From: Candidatus Moranbacteria bacterium RIFOXYA12_FULL_35_19
GTDB lineage: Bacteria; Patescibacteriota; Minisyncoccia; Moranbacterales; UBA2206
Assembly (NCBI GenBank): GCA_001784805.1
Contig: MFSE01000021.1
Location: forward strand, 4,241-68,240
Direction of reading: 5' to 3'
Length of the DNA stretch: 64,000 nucleotides
The position numbers and the translations under genes are program-made. This document shows positions 10,770-18,566 of the stretch, one piece after another. Within the stretch, counting starts at the first letter, position 1. Each line of letters begins with the position of its first letter. A model generated the notes under the pieces. The model was not told the origin of the DNA. It worked only from the letters and a program-made list of their open reading frames with translations, and did not search any database.

Positions 10770-11783
10770 ATGAAAGATTCAAACGAAAAGGATGACAAAA
10801 AATTAATTGCGGTGGTGGATGGAATTAAGGAAAAATTCGGCGAAGGGGTAATTATGAAATTGGGAGATGTAAAAAGAGTGGATGTGGCGTCAATTCCAAC
10901 GGGAGCAATTTCACTTGACATTGCTTTGGGCATCGGTGGAATTCCGCGCGGAAGAGTGGTCGAAATTTATGGACCGGAATCAAGCGGGAAGACAACTTTG
11001 ACTTTGCATATCATTGCTAACGCGCAAAAAGCGGGTGGTGTGGCGGCGTTTATCGATGCCGAGCATGCCCTTGATCCAGAGTATGCCAAAAGAATCGGAG
11101 TCAATATTAACGATCTTTTGATTTCTCAACCAGACAATGGCGAGCAAGCGTTGGATATTGTGGAAACACTTGTGAGCTCTGGCGAAATTAGTATCATCGT
11201 GGTGGATAGCGTGGCGGCGCTGGTGCCAAAAGCGGAAATTGAAGGTGATATGGGTGATTCGCATATGGGACGGCAAGCGCGACTGATGTCGCAGGCTCTG
11301 CGAAAACTCACGGCTATCATTGCCAGATCAAATTGCACTGTGATTTTCATCAACCAAATCAGAATGAAAATCGGAGTGATGTTTGGCAATCCGGAAACAA
11401 CTACGGGAGGCAACGCACTTAAATTTTATGCTTCAGTGCGAATCGAAGTAAGAAGAAGCGCGCAAATTAAAAAAGGTGAAGATATTGTAGGCAACAGAAC
11501 GAAAGTTAAAATTGTTAAAAATAAAGTTGCTCCACCTTTCAAAACTACCGAGTTTGATATTATGTATAATGAAGGTATCAGCGCTTCTGGAGATGCGCTG
11601 GATACGGGCGTAAAATACGAAGTAATTGAAAAGAAAGGCAACTCCTACAATTTTGGCGAGATAAAATTAGGAGTCGGACGCGAAACGGCCAAGGCTACAC
11701 TCAAAGCTGACGCTAAATTGGTAAAAGAAATTTCTAAAAATATTTACGAAAAAATAAAAGAAAAAGAAAAAGCGGAAGAATAA
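10770..11783 (+). CDS. recA: recombinase RecA
   Basis: GPESSGKTT Walker A; RecA L1/L2 regions; full-length similarity pattern. Confidence 0.95.
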   Translation: MKDSNEKDDKKLIAVVDGIKEKFGEGVIMKLGDVKRVDVASIPTGAISLDIALGIGGIPRGRVVEIYGPESSGKTTLTLHIIANAQKAGGVAAFIDAEHALDPEYAKRIGVNINDLLISQPDNGEQALDIVETLVSSGEISIIVVDSVAALVPKAEIEGDMGDSHMGRQARLMSQALRKLTAIIARSNCTVIFINQIRMKIGVMFGNPETTTGGNALKFYASVRIEVRRSAQIKKGEDIVGNRTKVKIVKNKVAPPFKTTEFDIMYNEGISASGDALDTGVKYEVIEKKGNSYNFGEIKLGVGRETAKATLKADAKLVKEISKNIYEKIKEKEKAEE

Positions 11784-11795
11784 AAAATAATCAAG

Positions 11796-11969
11796 TTACT
11801 GAAGAATTAAAATTTTTCCAAAATTGAACTCAAATTCTAAATTTTATAAACAAAAATTTCCCTCAATCAACGGCTACCAATGGAAATTTTTGGATAAAAT
11901 TTGAATTTTCCCGCCTGCCGGCGAGGCAGGTCAAACAGTAATTTCGCAAAAATTTTAATTCTTCAGTTA
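11796..11969. mobile_element. MITE-like element: ~21-bp terminal inverted repeats enclosing ~130 bp with an internal GC hairpin
   Basis: Left arm ttactgaagaattaaaattttt is the reverse complement of right arm aaaaattttaattcttcagta; internal cccgcctgccggcgaggcagg hairpin. Confidence 0.45.
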
Positions 11970-11998
11970 TTTTATAATAATAATTAAAAAATAATTTT

Positions 11999-12613
11999 AT
12001 GGAACAGCATCCATCAAAAGAAAGAACGCTGGTGATTATCAAGCCAGACGGAGTGCAAAGAAGTTTAATCGGAGAAATTGTCAAAAGGTATGAGCGGGTC
12101 GGGTTGAAATTGATTGGTATAAAAATGGCAATTCCTACTAGAGAAATGGCGATAAAGCATTATTATGAAGTGGGAGGAGATGCTTGGCTGGAAGAAGTTG
12201 GTAGAAAAGCAAGAGAGAATTATGAAAAAAAAGGTTTGCAATCACCTTTTGCAACTAATATGGAAAATGGCAAAGCGATTATGGAAGCGAATGCAAAATA
12301 TCTTAGTTCTGGTCCCGTAGTAGCAATGATTTGGCAGGGAAATCAAGCAGTAGCATTAGTGCGAAAAATTACTGGAAGCACGGAACCACTTTCTTCTGAT
12401 GTGGGAACTATTCGAGGCGATTTGACTCTCGACACTTATCAAATGTCTGATTTAGATCAAAGAAGTATTCGAAATCTAATTCACGCTAGCGGGAATGTAT
12501 CTGAAGCAGAAAAAGAAATTCCAATTTGGTTTGAAAAATCGGAAATCCTAAATTATACTCATCTACAAGAAAAAATTCTTTATGATGTTAATATGGATGG
12601 AATTTTAGAATAA
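11999..12613 (+). CDS. ndk: nucleoside diphosphate kinase, with ~30-aa internal insertion
   Basis: TLVIIKPDGVQR N-terminus, SGPVVAMIWQG and NLIHAS (active-site His) motifs; longer than canonical NDK. Confidence 0.8.
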   Translation: MEQHPSKERTLVIIKPDGVQRSLIGEIVKRYERVGLKLIGIKMAIPTREMAIKHYYEVGGDAWLEEVGRKARENYEKKGLQSPFATNMENGKAIMEANAKYLSSGPVVAMIWQGNQAVALVRKITGSTEPLSSDVGTIRGDLTLDTYQMSDLDQRSIRNLIHASGNVSEAEKEIPIWFEKSEILNYTHLQEKILYDVNMDGILE

Positions 12614-12635
12614 ATTATACTTTCAAGACAAACAA

Positions 12636-12668
12636 AAAATCCCTGAAAATATTTCGGGGATTTTTTTA
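12636..12668 (+). terminator. intrinsic terminator after ndk
   Basis: aatccctgaaa-atatt-tcggggatt followed by ttttttt. Confidence 0.6.
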
Positions 12669-12680
12669 GACGCTAGCTTT

Positions 12681-12848
12681 TTATTTGGCCATTGTTTTTA
12701 GACATTTCGTGCAGACTTTTTTCGATTTATTGCCAATAGTTTTAGTTTGCAGATTGATTTTGTATTTTCGAAGAGTCTTGATATTGGAATGACTAACTTT
12801 GTTTCCAACTTGGGAGCCTCGGCCACAAACATCGCATATTCTAGACAT
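12681..12848 (-). CDS. rpmB: 50S ribosomal protein L28 (55 aa; below the ORF-track length cut-off)
   Basis: Minus-strand translation [55 protein letters not shown] matches the bL28 pattern (MSRxCxVxGK...NxxSHxxxxTKR). Confidence 0.75.
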   Translation of the reverse strand: MSRICDVCGRGSQVGNKVSHSNIKTLRKYKINLQTKTIGNKSKKVCTKCLKTMAK

Positions 12849-12850
12849 AA

Positions 12851-12927
12851 TCATGAATCATGAAACATATAACATGAAACAAAAATGAAACAAAATTGTT
12901 TCATGTTTCATGTTGAGTGTTACATGG
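12851..12927. repeat. CATGAAA-family intergenic hairpin element
   Basis: catgaatcatgaaacatataacatgaaacaaaaatgaaac / gtttcatgtttcatgttgagtgttacatg. Confidence 0.75.
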
Positions 12928-13037
12928 TTGAGTTGATTTATTACAAGATATAATGTAGCATACAAGGGTAATAAAAGCAAGTGTTCGCGATGCGAATCTA
13001 CGAATGCATGCGAATCTACGAATAATAAAAAAAGTCT

Positions 13038-13727
13038 ATGCTTAATGAAGTTGTCCTAATTGTTTTCTATATCGCCATTCTGCTTTATAGCGTGATTATT
13101 CATGAGGTGGCACATGGGTTGGCAGCGCTTAGGCTTGGCGATACGACAGCTAAATATGCTGGTCGGCTTACAGCTAACCCTTTGAAGCATTTGGATATGG
13201 TGGGTTCATTTTTTGCGCCACTCTTTATGTATCTTTCTTTTGGCTTTGCTTTTGGCTGGGCCAAGCCTGTGCCATATAACCCTTATAATCTCAAGAATCA
13301 GAAATGGGGACCAATGTTAGTGGCGCTTGCTGGACCGGGAATAAATTTAATAGTAGCACTTTTTGCTGCACTTTTGGCCAGATTTATCGCTCTCCCTATA
13401 TATCTTAAAAAAGATATTATTGAAAATGTTAATGAATGGTCAACGGTTTCTGAACTAATTTCCGGATCAGTGAGTACGATATTTTATGAAATTCTAAGTA
13501 TTATTGTAATTATTAATGTCTTCTTGGCTTTTTTCAATTTGATTCCCATCCCACCACTAGATGGTTCCAAGATATTGTTCACTTTATTTCCTGTTAGAAT
13601 TGAAATACAAGCCATGCTCGAACAATTTGGCTTTGCCCTGCTTTTGTTTTTTATTTTCTTTTTTTCTACGCCTCTTCGCATCTTCCTTGGCACCGCCATC
13701 AACGCTTTTCTAAATATCGCGATTTAA
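13038..13727 (+). CDS. site-2 protease family zinc metallopeptidase (M50)
   Basis: HEVAHG (HExxH) in a TM helix, multiple TM segments, second LDG-type motif. Confidence 0.8.
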   Translation: MLNEVVLIVFYIAILLYSVIIHEVAHGLAALRLGDTTAKYAGRLTANPLKHLDMVGSFFAPLFMYLSFGFAFGWAKPVPYNPYNLKNQKWGPMLVALAGPGINLIVALFAALLARFIALPIYLKKDIIENVNEWSTVSELISGSVSTIFYEILSIIVIINVFLAFFNLIPIPPLDGSKILFTLFPVRIEIQAMLEQFGFALLLFFIFFFSTPLRIFLGTAINAFLNIAI

Positions 13728-13893
13728 CTTGACTTTTGTCGAAAGATGATGTATAATAGATAGGTAATGAGAAAGCGGGTGAATGCCGCTTTTTTTATTT
13801 TTACCCTGTTGAATAAATTTTGCAGAGCAAAATTATTTTTCCTCCGGAAAAATTATTCAACAGGGTGAACTAATTATTAAAAAAAACAAAAAT

Positions 13894-14037
13894 ATGGAAA
13901 AAGAAAAATGCGACTGCCCCCAATGTAAAATTAGGGAGGTACAAGAACAAGAAGCAGAGGAAATGAATTTTGCCGTGCTCGTGGCTTTAGTGCCAGTTCT
14001 CACTATCACGCTTTTTAACACGGTTGGTTTGATATAA
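13894..14037 (+). CDS. small Cys-rich membrane protein (47 aa), unlisted
   Basis: MEKEKCDCPQCKIREVQEQEAEEMNFAVLVALVPVLTITLFNTVGLI: CxC..CxxC followed by one TM helix. Preceded by the hairpin ccctgttgaataa...ttattcaacaggg and followed by a bidirectional terminator. Confidence 0.3.
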   Translation: MEKEKCDCPQCKIREVQEQEAEEMNFAVLVALVPVLTITLFNTVGLI

Positions 14038-14057
14038 AAAGCGGATAAAAACTTCAA

Positions 14058-14096
14058 ATAAAAAAAATCTGAATTTTAAGAATTCAGATTTTTTAT
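14058..14096. terminator. bidirectional terminator (aatctgaatt-ttaa-gaattcagatt flanked by A/T runs)
   Basis: Perfect 10-bp inverted repeat with T-runs on both strands, between the small ORF (+) and efp (-). Confidence 0.6.
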
Positions 14097-14654
14097 TTAG
14101 GCGCGGGAAACATACTCGCCTCGTTCAGTGTTGATGATAATTTCGTCACCCTCTTTGATGAAAAGTGGAGTGGAAACTTTCAAGCCCGTTTCAACTGTCA
14201 CAACTTTTCCGCCGGTGGAAACAGTGTTGCCTTTTATTCCTGGGGGAGCTTCGATAACTTTCAAAGTTATTTTTACCGGTAGCTCAATGTTGATCGGATT
14301 GCCACTCCAATTCAAAATTGAAACTTCCGTGCCTTCTTTTAAATAATTGATATTGTCTCCCAAAGCACTTTTGGAAAGAGTAAATTGCTCATAGGATTCA
14401 TTGTCCATAAAATTATAATTGTCATTTTCTTTGTAGGTGTATTGAGCTTTGGTTTTAGAAATGTCAGCTTCCTCGACTGATTCGGCGCCTTGAAAAGTTT
14501 TTTCTAATACTGTTCCATTGGCAAGATTTTTAAGTTTTGTGCGAAGCACTGATCCGGCCCGTCCCGTTTTAGAATGCTCATGATAAAGCACGATATAAGG
14601 AATATCATTTAGAATAATATTAGTTCCGGTTTTGATGTCTGAAATATTTAACAT
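14097..14654 (-). CDS. efp: elongation factor P
   Basis: N-terminus MLNISDIKTGTNIILNDIPYIV...KTGRAGSVLRTKLKNL; three OB-like domains. Confidence 0.9.
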   Translation of the reverse strand: MLNISDIKTGTNIILNDIPYIVLYHEHSKTGRAGSVLRTKLKNLANGTVLEKTFQGAESVEEADISKTKAQYTYKENDNYNFMDNESYEQFTLSKSALGDNINYLKEGTEVSILNWSGNPINIELPVKITLKVIEAPPGIKGNTVSTGGKVVTVETGLKVSTPLFIKEGDEIIINTERGEYVSRA

Positions 14655-14738
14655 AAAAGCATATTAACATTTTAACATATTAACAAAAAAAACAAATTAA
14701 GCATGCTAAAATGCTAAAATGTTAATATGATAGAATGA
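14655..14738. repeat. GCTAAAAT/TTAACAT-family hairpin element (paired with 16145-16225)
   Basis: gcatattaacattttaacatattaac ... gcatgctaaaatgctaaaatgttaatatg. Confidence 0.7.
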
Positions 14739-14739
14739 T

Positions 14740-14961
14740 TTACCGTGCGACAAAAGGCACTAGCGCCATTGTTCTGGCTTTTTTTATGGCGTTAGCTAAA
14801 GTTCTTTGATGATGGGTGCAAGTGCCGTGTCGTTTAGGCGGATAAATTTTTCCTTGTGAATTCATAAAACGACGCAAAAGATAAGCGTCCTTGAAATCAA
14901 TTTTTTCAATCTTGTTCTGGCAAAAATAGCATAATTTTTTTTCAGTTTGTTGTGTTTCCAT
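14740..14961 (-). CDS. rpsR: 30S ribosomal protein S18
   Basis: CYFCQNKIEKIDFKD...RHGTCTHHQRTLANAIKKARTMALVPF. Confidence 0.9.
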   Translation of the reverse strand: METQQTEKKLCYFCQNKIEKIDFKDAYLLRRFMNSQGKIYPPKRHGTCTHHQRTLANAIKKARTMALVPFVAR

Positions 14962-14966
14962 AATTA

Positions 14967-15057
14967 TAGTTTTACGAAATACGAAATTAATACTAAATAC
15001 GAAAGTACGAAAGGGGAATTTAGTTGTTTCGTATTTCGCTTATTTCGTAGTTCGTAA
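14967..15057. repeat. TACGAAA-family hairpin element between rpsR and ssb
   Basis: ttttacgaaatacgaaattaatactaaatacgaaagtacgaaa ... gtttcgtatttcgcttatttcgtagttcgtaa. Confidence 0.85.
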
Positions 15058-15060
15058 TTG

Positions 15061-15546
15061 TTAAAAGGGTACATCTTCAATTTTTACTTCATTCTCTTCC
15101 TCGTCTAAGTTGATAGTGGGAATTTCTTCAGCGGGTGCTTCTTGACTAGTTGGGGTTGGCTTGGCTGGAGCTGGAGCAGGATTGTTATAAGAAGAAGGAG
15201 TTGCTCCATAGGCACTTCTTGGCTTTGAACCAAGTTGCATATTTTCTGCTATGATTTCTGTTTTATAACGATCAACCCCACTTTTATCGGTAAATTTTGT
15301 GGTTTGAAGTCTGCCTTCAATGTAGGCTTCTTGGCCTTTAATTAGATATTGTCCAGCAATTTCTCCCAGTCTTCCCCAAAGAACGATATTGTGAAATTCA
15401 GTGCGTTCTTGTTTTTGACCATTTTTATCTTTCCAAGTGTGTCCTGTCGCAAGACCAATCGAAGCCACTGTTTGTCCAGAGGGAGTATTTCTCACTTCTG
15501 GATCGCGCGTGAGTCGTCCGACTAAAATAACTTTGTTGACATTCAT
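15061..15546 (-). CDS. ssb: single-stranded DNA-binding protein
   Basis: OB-fold N-terminus, Gly/Pro-rich linker, acidic C-terminal tail ending DVPF. Confidence 0.9.
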   Translation of the reverse strand: MNVNKVILVGRLTRDPEVRNTPSGQTVASIGLATGHTWKDKNGQKQERTEFHNIVLWGRLGEIAGQYLIKGQEAYIEGRLQTTKFTDKSGVDRYKTEIIAENMQLGSKPRSAYGATPSSYNNPAPAPAKPTPTSQEAPAEEIPTINLDEEENEVKIEDVPF

Positions 15547-15550
15547 AATA

Positions 15551-15639
15551 GTTTTACGAAATACGAAATTAATACTAAATACGAAAGTACGAAAGAGGAG
15601 TTTTAATGTTTCGTATTTCGCTTATTTCGTAGTTCGTAA
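15551..15639. repeat. TACGAAA-family hairpin element between ssb and rpsF; near-identical to 14967-15057
   Basis: About 90% identity to the upstream copy over ~90 bp. Confidence 0.85.
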
Positions 15640-15642
15640 TTG

Positions 15643-16143
15643 TTAAATATTAAGTATTTCTTCTAACTTTTTATCAAGGTCGTCATTTTTTGGAGATTCT
15701 GGCTGGGTTTTTTCGGAATTTTTTTCGAGACTAACTTCGGGAGTTTCTTTTATTCCAGCCTTTTTTTCTATAATTTCCTTTTTTTTGGCTTTGTTTTTTT
15801 GAACAGTTTCTTTTTTGGTCAAATCCTCCATTCTTTCGTTTTTAGTTTTGAGTTCTGGCAAGTCTTGTGCTTTGCTCAAAATAAATCTGGCAATATTAGT
15901 GTTAAGATTAAATTTGGCGGTAATTTCTTTTAGATTTTGAGTATCTTCCAGATTGAATCGGCGGGCAATGTAGATTCCGTGATTTTCTTTGCCGACAGTG
16001 TAAGAAAGTTTTCTTTTTTCTAGCGTTTCTTTTTCCAGAAACTCTCCACCAGCATCTTTTACGATTTTTTCCACTTCAGACTTAATGTTTTCTAGCTCGT
16101 TTTCTTTCGAAGCGCCGACTAGATAGAAAATTTCATAGGTCAT
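15643..16143 (-). CDS. rpsF: 30S ribosomal protein S6 with C-terminal acidic extension
   Basis: MTYEIFYLVGASKENELENIKSEVEKIVKDAGGEFLEKETLEKRKLSYTV S6 core. Confidence 0.85.
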   Translation of the reverse strand: MTYEIFYLVGASKENELENIKSEVEKIVKDAGGEFLEKETLEKRKLSYTVGKENHGIYIARRFNLEDTQNLKEITAKFNLNTNIARFILSKAQDLPELKTKNERMEDLTKKETVQKNKAKKKEIIEKKAGIKETPEVSLEKNSEKTQPESPKNDDLDKKLEEILNI

Positions 16144-16144
16144 A

Positions 16145-16225
16145 TTGTCATTTTAGCATGTTAGCATATTAACAAAAAGTTATTAGCATTTGTTAAAATG
16201 CTAAAATGTTAATATGTTAAAATGA
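16145..16225. repeat. GCTAAAAT/TTAGCAT-family hairpin element (paired with 14655-14738)
   Basis: ttttagcatgttagcatattaac ... gttaaaatgctaaaatgttaatatg. Confidence 0.7.
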
Positions 16226-16239
16226 ATTAAATTAAATCC

Positions 16240-16340
16240 GTTCAAAGAAAGTCCTTGACGGATGGTAGTTTTCTTATCTCATCGGGGTCCGCCTTCGCTA
16301 AAGCTATGGCGGGACAAGCGAGAAAACTATTGGACTTTTT
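16240..16340. repeat. nested GC-containing palindrome (~95 bp)
   Basis: Outer aaagtcc/ggacttt, middle tagttttct/agaaaacta, inner gtccgcc/ggcgggac. Confidence 0.6.
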
Positions 16341-16384
16341 TGATTGATTATAGGTTAGCAATAAATTTAGTTTAAGTCAAGGGC

Positions 16385-16494
16385 TTTACGAAATACCCGC
16401 CTCGACTCGCGGAGACCGCTTGTCGACGCGAGGCGGGCGAAATAAGCGAAATACTAAAGTACGAAAAGGGAACTTAATTGTTTCGTATTTCGTA
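16385..16494. repeat. TACGAAA-family hairpin carrying a 42-bp GC-rich palindromic insert at 16396-16437
   Basis: cccgcctcgactcgcggagaccgcttgtcgacgcgaggcggg sits inside the AT-rich arms. The insert is related, in reverse complement, to the in-frame element in dnaE at 58494-58571. Confidence 0.75.
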
Positions 16495-16498
16495 AAAA

Positions 16499-17551
16499 CT
16501 AAATTTTGAATTCTATTACATCGCCATCATTTACTATGTATTCTTTGCCTTCCGTGCGTAGTTTGCCGATTTCACGAGCTTTGGCCCAAGAGCCAGCTTT
16601 CAAAAGTTCATCCCATTGGATAACTTCGGCGCGAATAAATTTATCTTTGAAATCATTATGAATGGCGGTGCCGGCAATTGGCGCGGTGGAATTTTTTCGG
16701 ATCGTCCAAGCGCGAGTTTCATCGGTTCCCGTTGTGAGAAAAGTGATCAGGCCTAAAATTTCATACGCCTTGATTATCAATTCATCTAAATTAGATTTTA
16801 TTCCAAGTTCATTTGCTTCATCTTCCGACATTTCCAAAAGTTCTTCTTCGATTTTGATATCTAATTTTATATGATTTTTATTTTCTAAGACAGGCGATAA
16901 TTTTTGGCTGATGTTGTCGGTGTTAAAAGCATAAAGAAAAGGTTTCATTGTGAGCAGAGAAAGTTCGCGGACGATAATTTCGGCATTCTCTTCGGATAAA
17001 TCTAAATTAGTTTCATTGGCTAGACGGCCTTCTTCTAAATTTTTTTGGATTTTTTGCAAAACGGTTAATTGAATGTCGGCTCCTTTTTTGTTTCCACGAG
17101 CATCTTTTTCAATTCTTGTGCGGACTTTTTTGACTGTTTCTAAATCGGCGATAATTAGTTCAGCGTTGATTATCTCAATATCATTTTCCGGATCAATAAT
17201 ATTGTGCACATGAATAATTTTGTCATTTTGAAAAACTCGAACCACTTGGACAATCGAATCCACTTCGCGAATAGTCGCCAGAAATTTATTTCCGAGTCCT
17301 TCACCCGTAGAAGCACCCTTGACCAAGCCGGCAATATCGACAAATTCGATAACGGTCGGAATAATTTTGGCGCTATGGGACATCTCGGCGAGTTTTTCCA
17401 AACGAATATCAGGCACTTTTACAATTCCAACATTAGGTTCGATGGTGCAAAAAGGATAATTCTGAATATCTACCGGATTTTTGGTAAGAGCCTTAAAAAG
17501 TGTAGATTTTCCAACATTAGGCAGTCCAACAATTCCAATTTTTAGCGACAT
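16499..17551 (-). CDS. ychF: ribosome-binding ATPase YchF (Obg-family GTPase)
   Basis: MSLKIGIVGLPNVGKSTLF G1 motif; TGS-like C-terminus. Confidence 0.9.
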   Translation of the reverse strand: MSLKIGIVGLPNVGKSTLFKALTKNPVDIQNYPFCTIEPNVGIVKVPDIRLEKLAEMSHSAKIIPTVIEFVDIAGLVKGASTGEGLGNKFLATIREVDSIVQVVRVFQNDKIIHVHNIIDPENDIEIINAELIIADLETVKKVRTRIEKDARGNKKGADIQLTVLQKIQKNLEEGRLANETNLDLSEENAEIIVRELSLLTMKPFLYAFNTDNISQKLSPVLENKNHIKLDIKIEEELLEMSEDEANELGIKSNLDELIIKAYEILGLITFLTTGTDETRAWTIRKNSTAPIAGTAIHNDFKDKFIRAEVIQWDELLKAGSWAKAREIGKLRTEGKEYIVNDGDVIEFKI

Positions 17552-17604
17552 AAGAATTTAGTTAAAAGTTAGAAAGTTCATAAAGTCTATAAAGCCTATA
17601 AAGT

Positions 17605-17638
17605 CATTGTGTATGGAGAAAGTTTCTTTGTCAATGAA
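17605..17638. promoter_or_regulatory. 34-nt divergent-promoter module (copy 1); contains an overlapping TTGTCA/TTGACA core
   Basis: cattgtgtatggagaaagtttctttgtcaatgaa; identical 34-mer at 23797-23830. Confidence 0.5.
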
Positions 17639-17818
17639 TGGAAATTAAAAATTAATCAATAAACTTTCCTAAAGCTCGGCTTTAGGAAAGTAAGAGCAGG
17701 AGATTAGAATTGAAGAGGTATAAATTCAAGGATTTATGCACTGCTTTTTGGGCAGTTTTTTTATTTGCCAAAAGCCTTGCTTGGGGGTATATTTGATGTA
17801 TAAAAATAAATTAAAAAT

Positions 17819-18259
17819 ATGAAAATTTTTGGTTATAGATCTAAAAAATGTCTCTCTTATTTAGCTTTTGGCGTTGCTATTGCTGTTGGAATTTTTGCAA
17901 CTTACAAACTGTTTTTTAATTCAATTGATTTAGACCTTGGAATGTTTTTGATTAAGTCAGTTTTAATTATTTTTCTTTTTATAGGGTGGGCAATGCATAT
18001 TGATCCAGACCGAAAAAAAGAAGAGGATGATAATTTAGACCAGAATGAAAAAATTTCTAAAGAAAGGATCAAAATTATTAATAAAAAACTTAGAAAGTCC
18101 TTTTTTTGCTATACAGTAATTAGTTTTCTTCTTATATCACTCATAATTTTTGTGATTGATGACGAATTGGTAACTTCAATTTTTGCAGGTTTATTCTTTT
18201 CTATTTTTCTTTCAGTTATAATAATTTCTTTTCAGAAATATTTTCGGGATCGGAAATAA
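17819..18259 (+). CDS. small integral membrane protein (4 TM)
   Basis: Four hydrophobic helices; no known motif. Confidence 0.5.
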   Translation: MKIFGYRSKKCLSYLAFGVAIAVGIFATYKLFFNSIDLDLGMFLIKSVLIIFLFIGWAMHIDPDRKKEEDDNLDQNEKISKERIKIINKKLRKSFFCYTVISFLLISLIIFVIDDELVTSIFAGLFFSIFLSVIIISFQKYFRDRK

Positions 18260-18310
18260 AATTGGGACTTTGGTATGATAAAATTATTGTAATTTATTTT
18301 AATAATATTT

Positions 18311-18550
18311 ATGGATAATAAAAAAAATATTTTGAAACTTTGTTTTCACTGCGACCGTAGTATATTGGAAAATGGGAGAATATCAATTAGTTCTATAACC
18401 CACGCCGGATTGAAAGATAATATTTTAAAAAGGCACAGGGAAAAAATGAAGGCGATTACTAATTATGATGATTATGAACCTTATCTTATGCACTTGCGTT
18501 GCTATGATGATATTGCATCTGGATTGGGATTTGGTGATGGAGAATATTAA
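18311..18550 (+). CDS. hypothetical small Cys-containing protein
   Basis: CFHCDRS motif; 17 nt upstream of the helicase gene. Confidence 0.4.
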   Translation: MDNKKNILKLCFHCDRSILENGRISISSITHAGLKDNILKRHREKMKAITNYDDYEPYLMHLRCYDDIASGLGFGDGEY

Positions 18551-18566
18551 AAATAATTAAAAACAC

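Noticed and set aside
9523-16494. Possible CRISPR array formed by the TACGAAA repeats
   Set aside because: The units are degenerate 7-mers arranged as two complementary arms of a hairpin. They are not 25-40-bp direct repeats with unique spacers. No cas genes and no leader are present.
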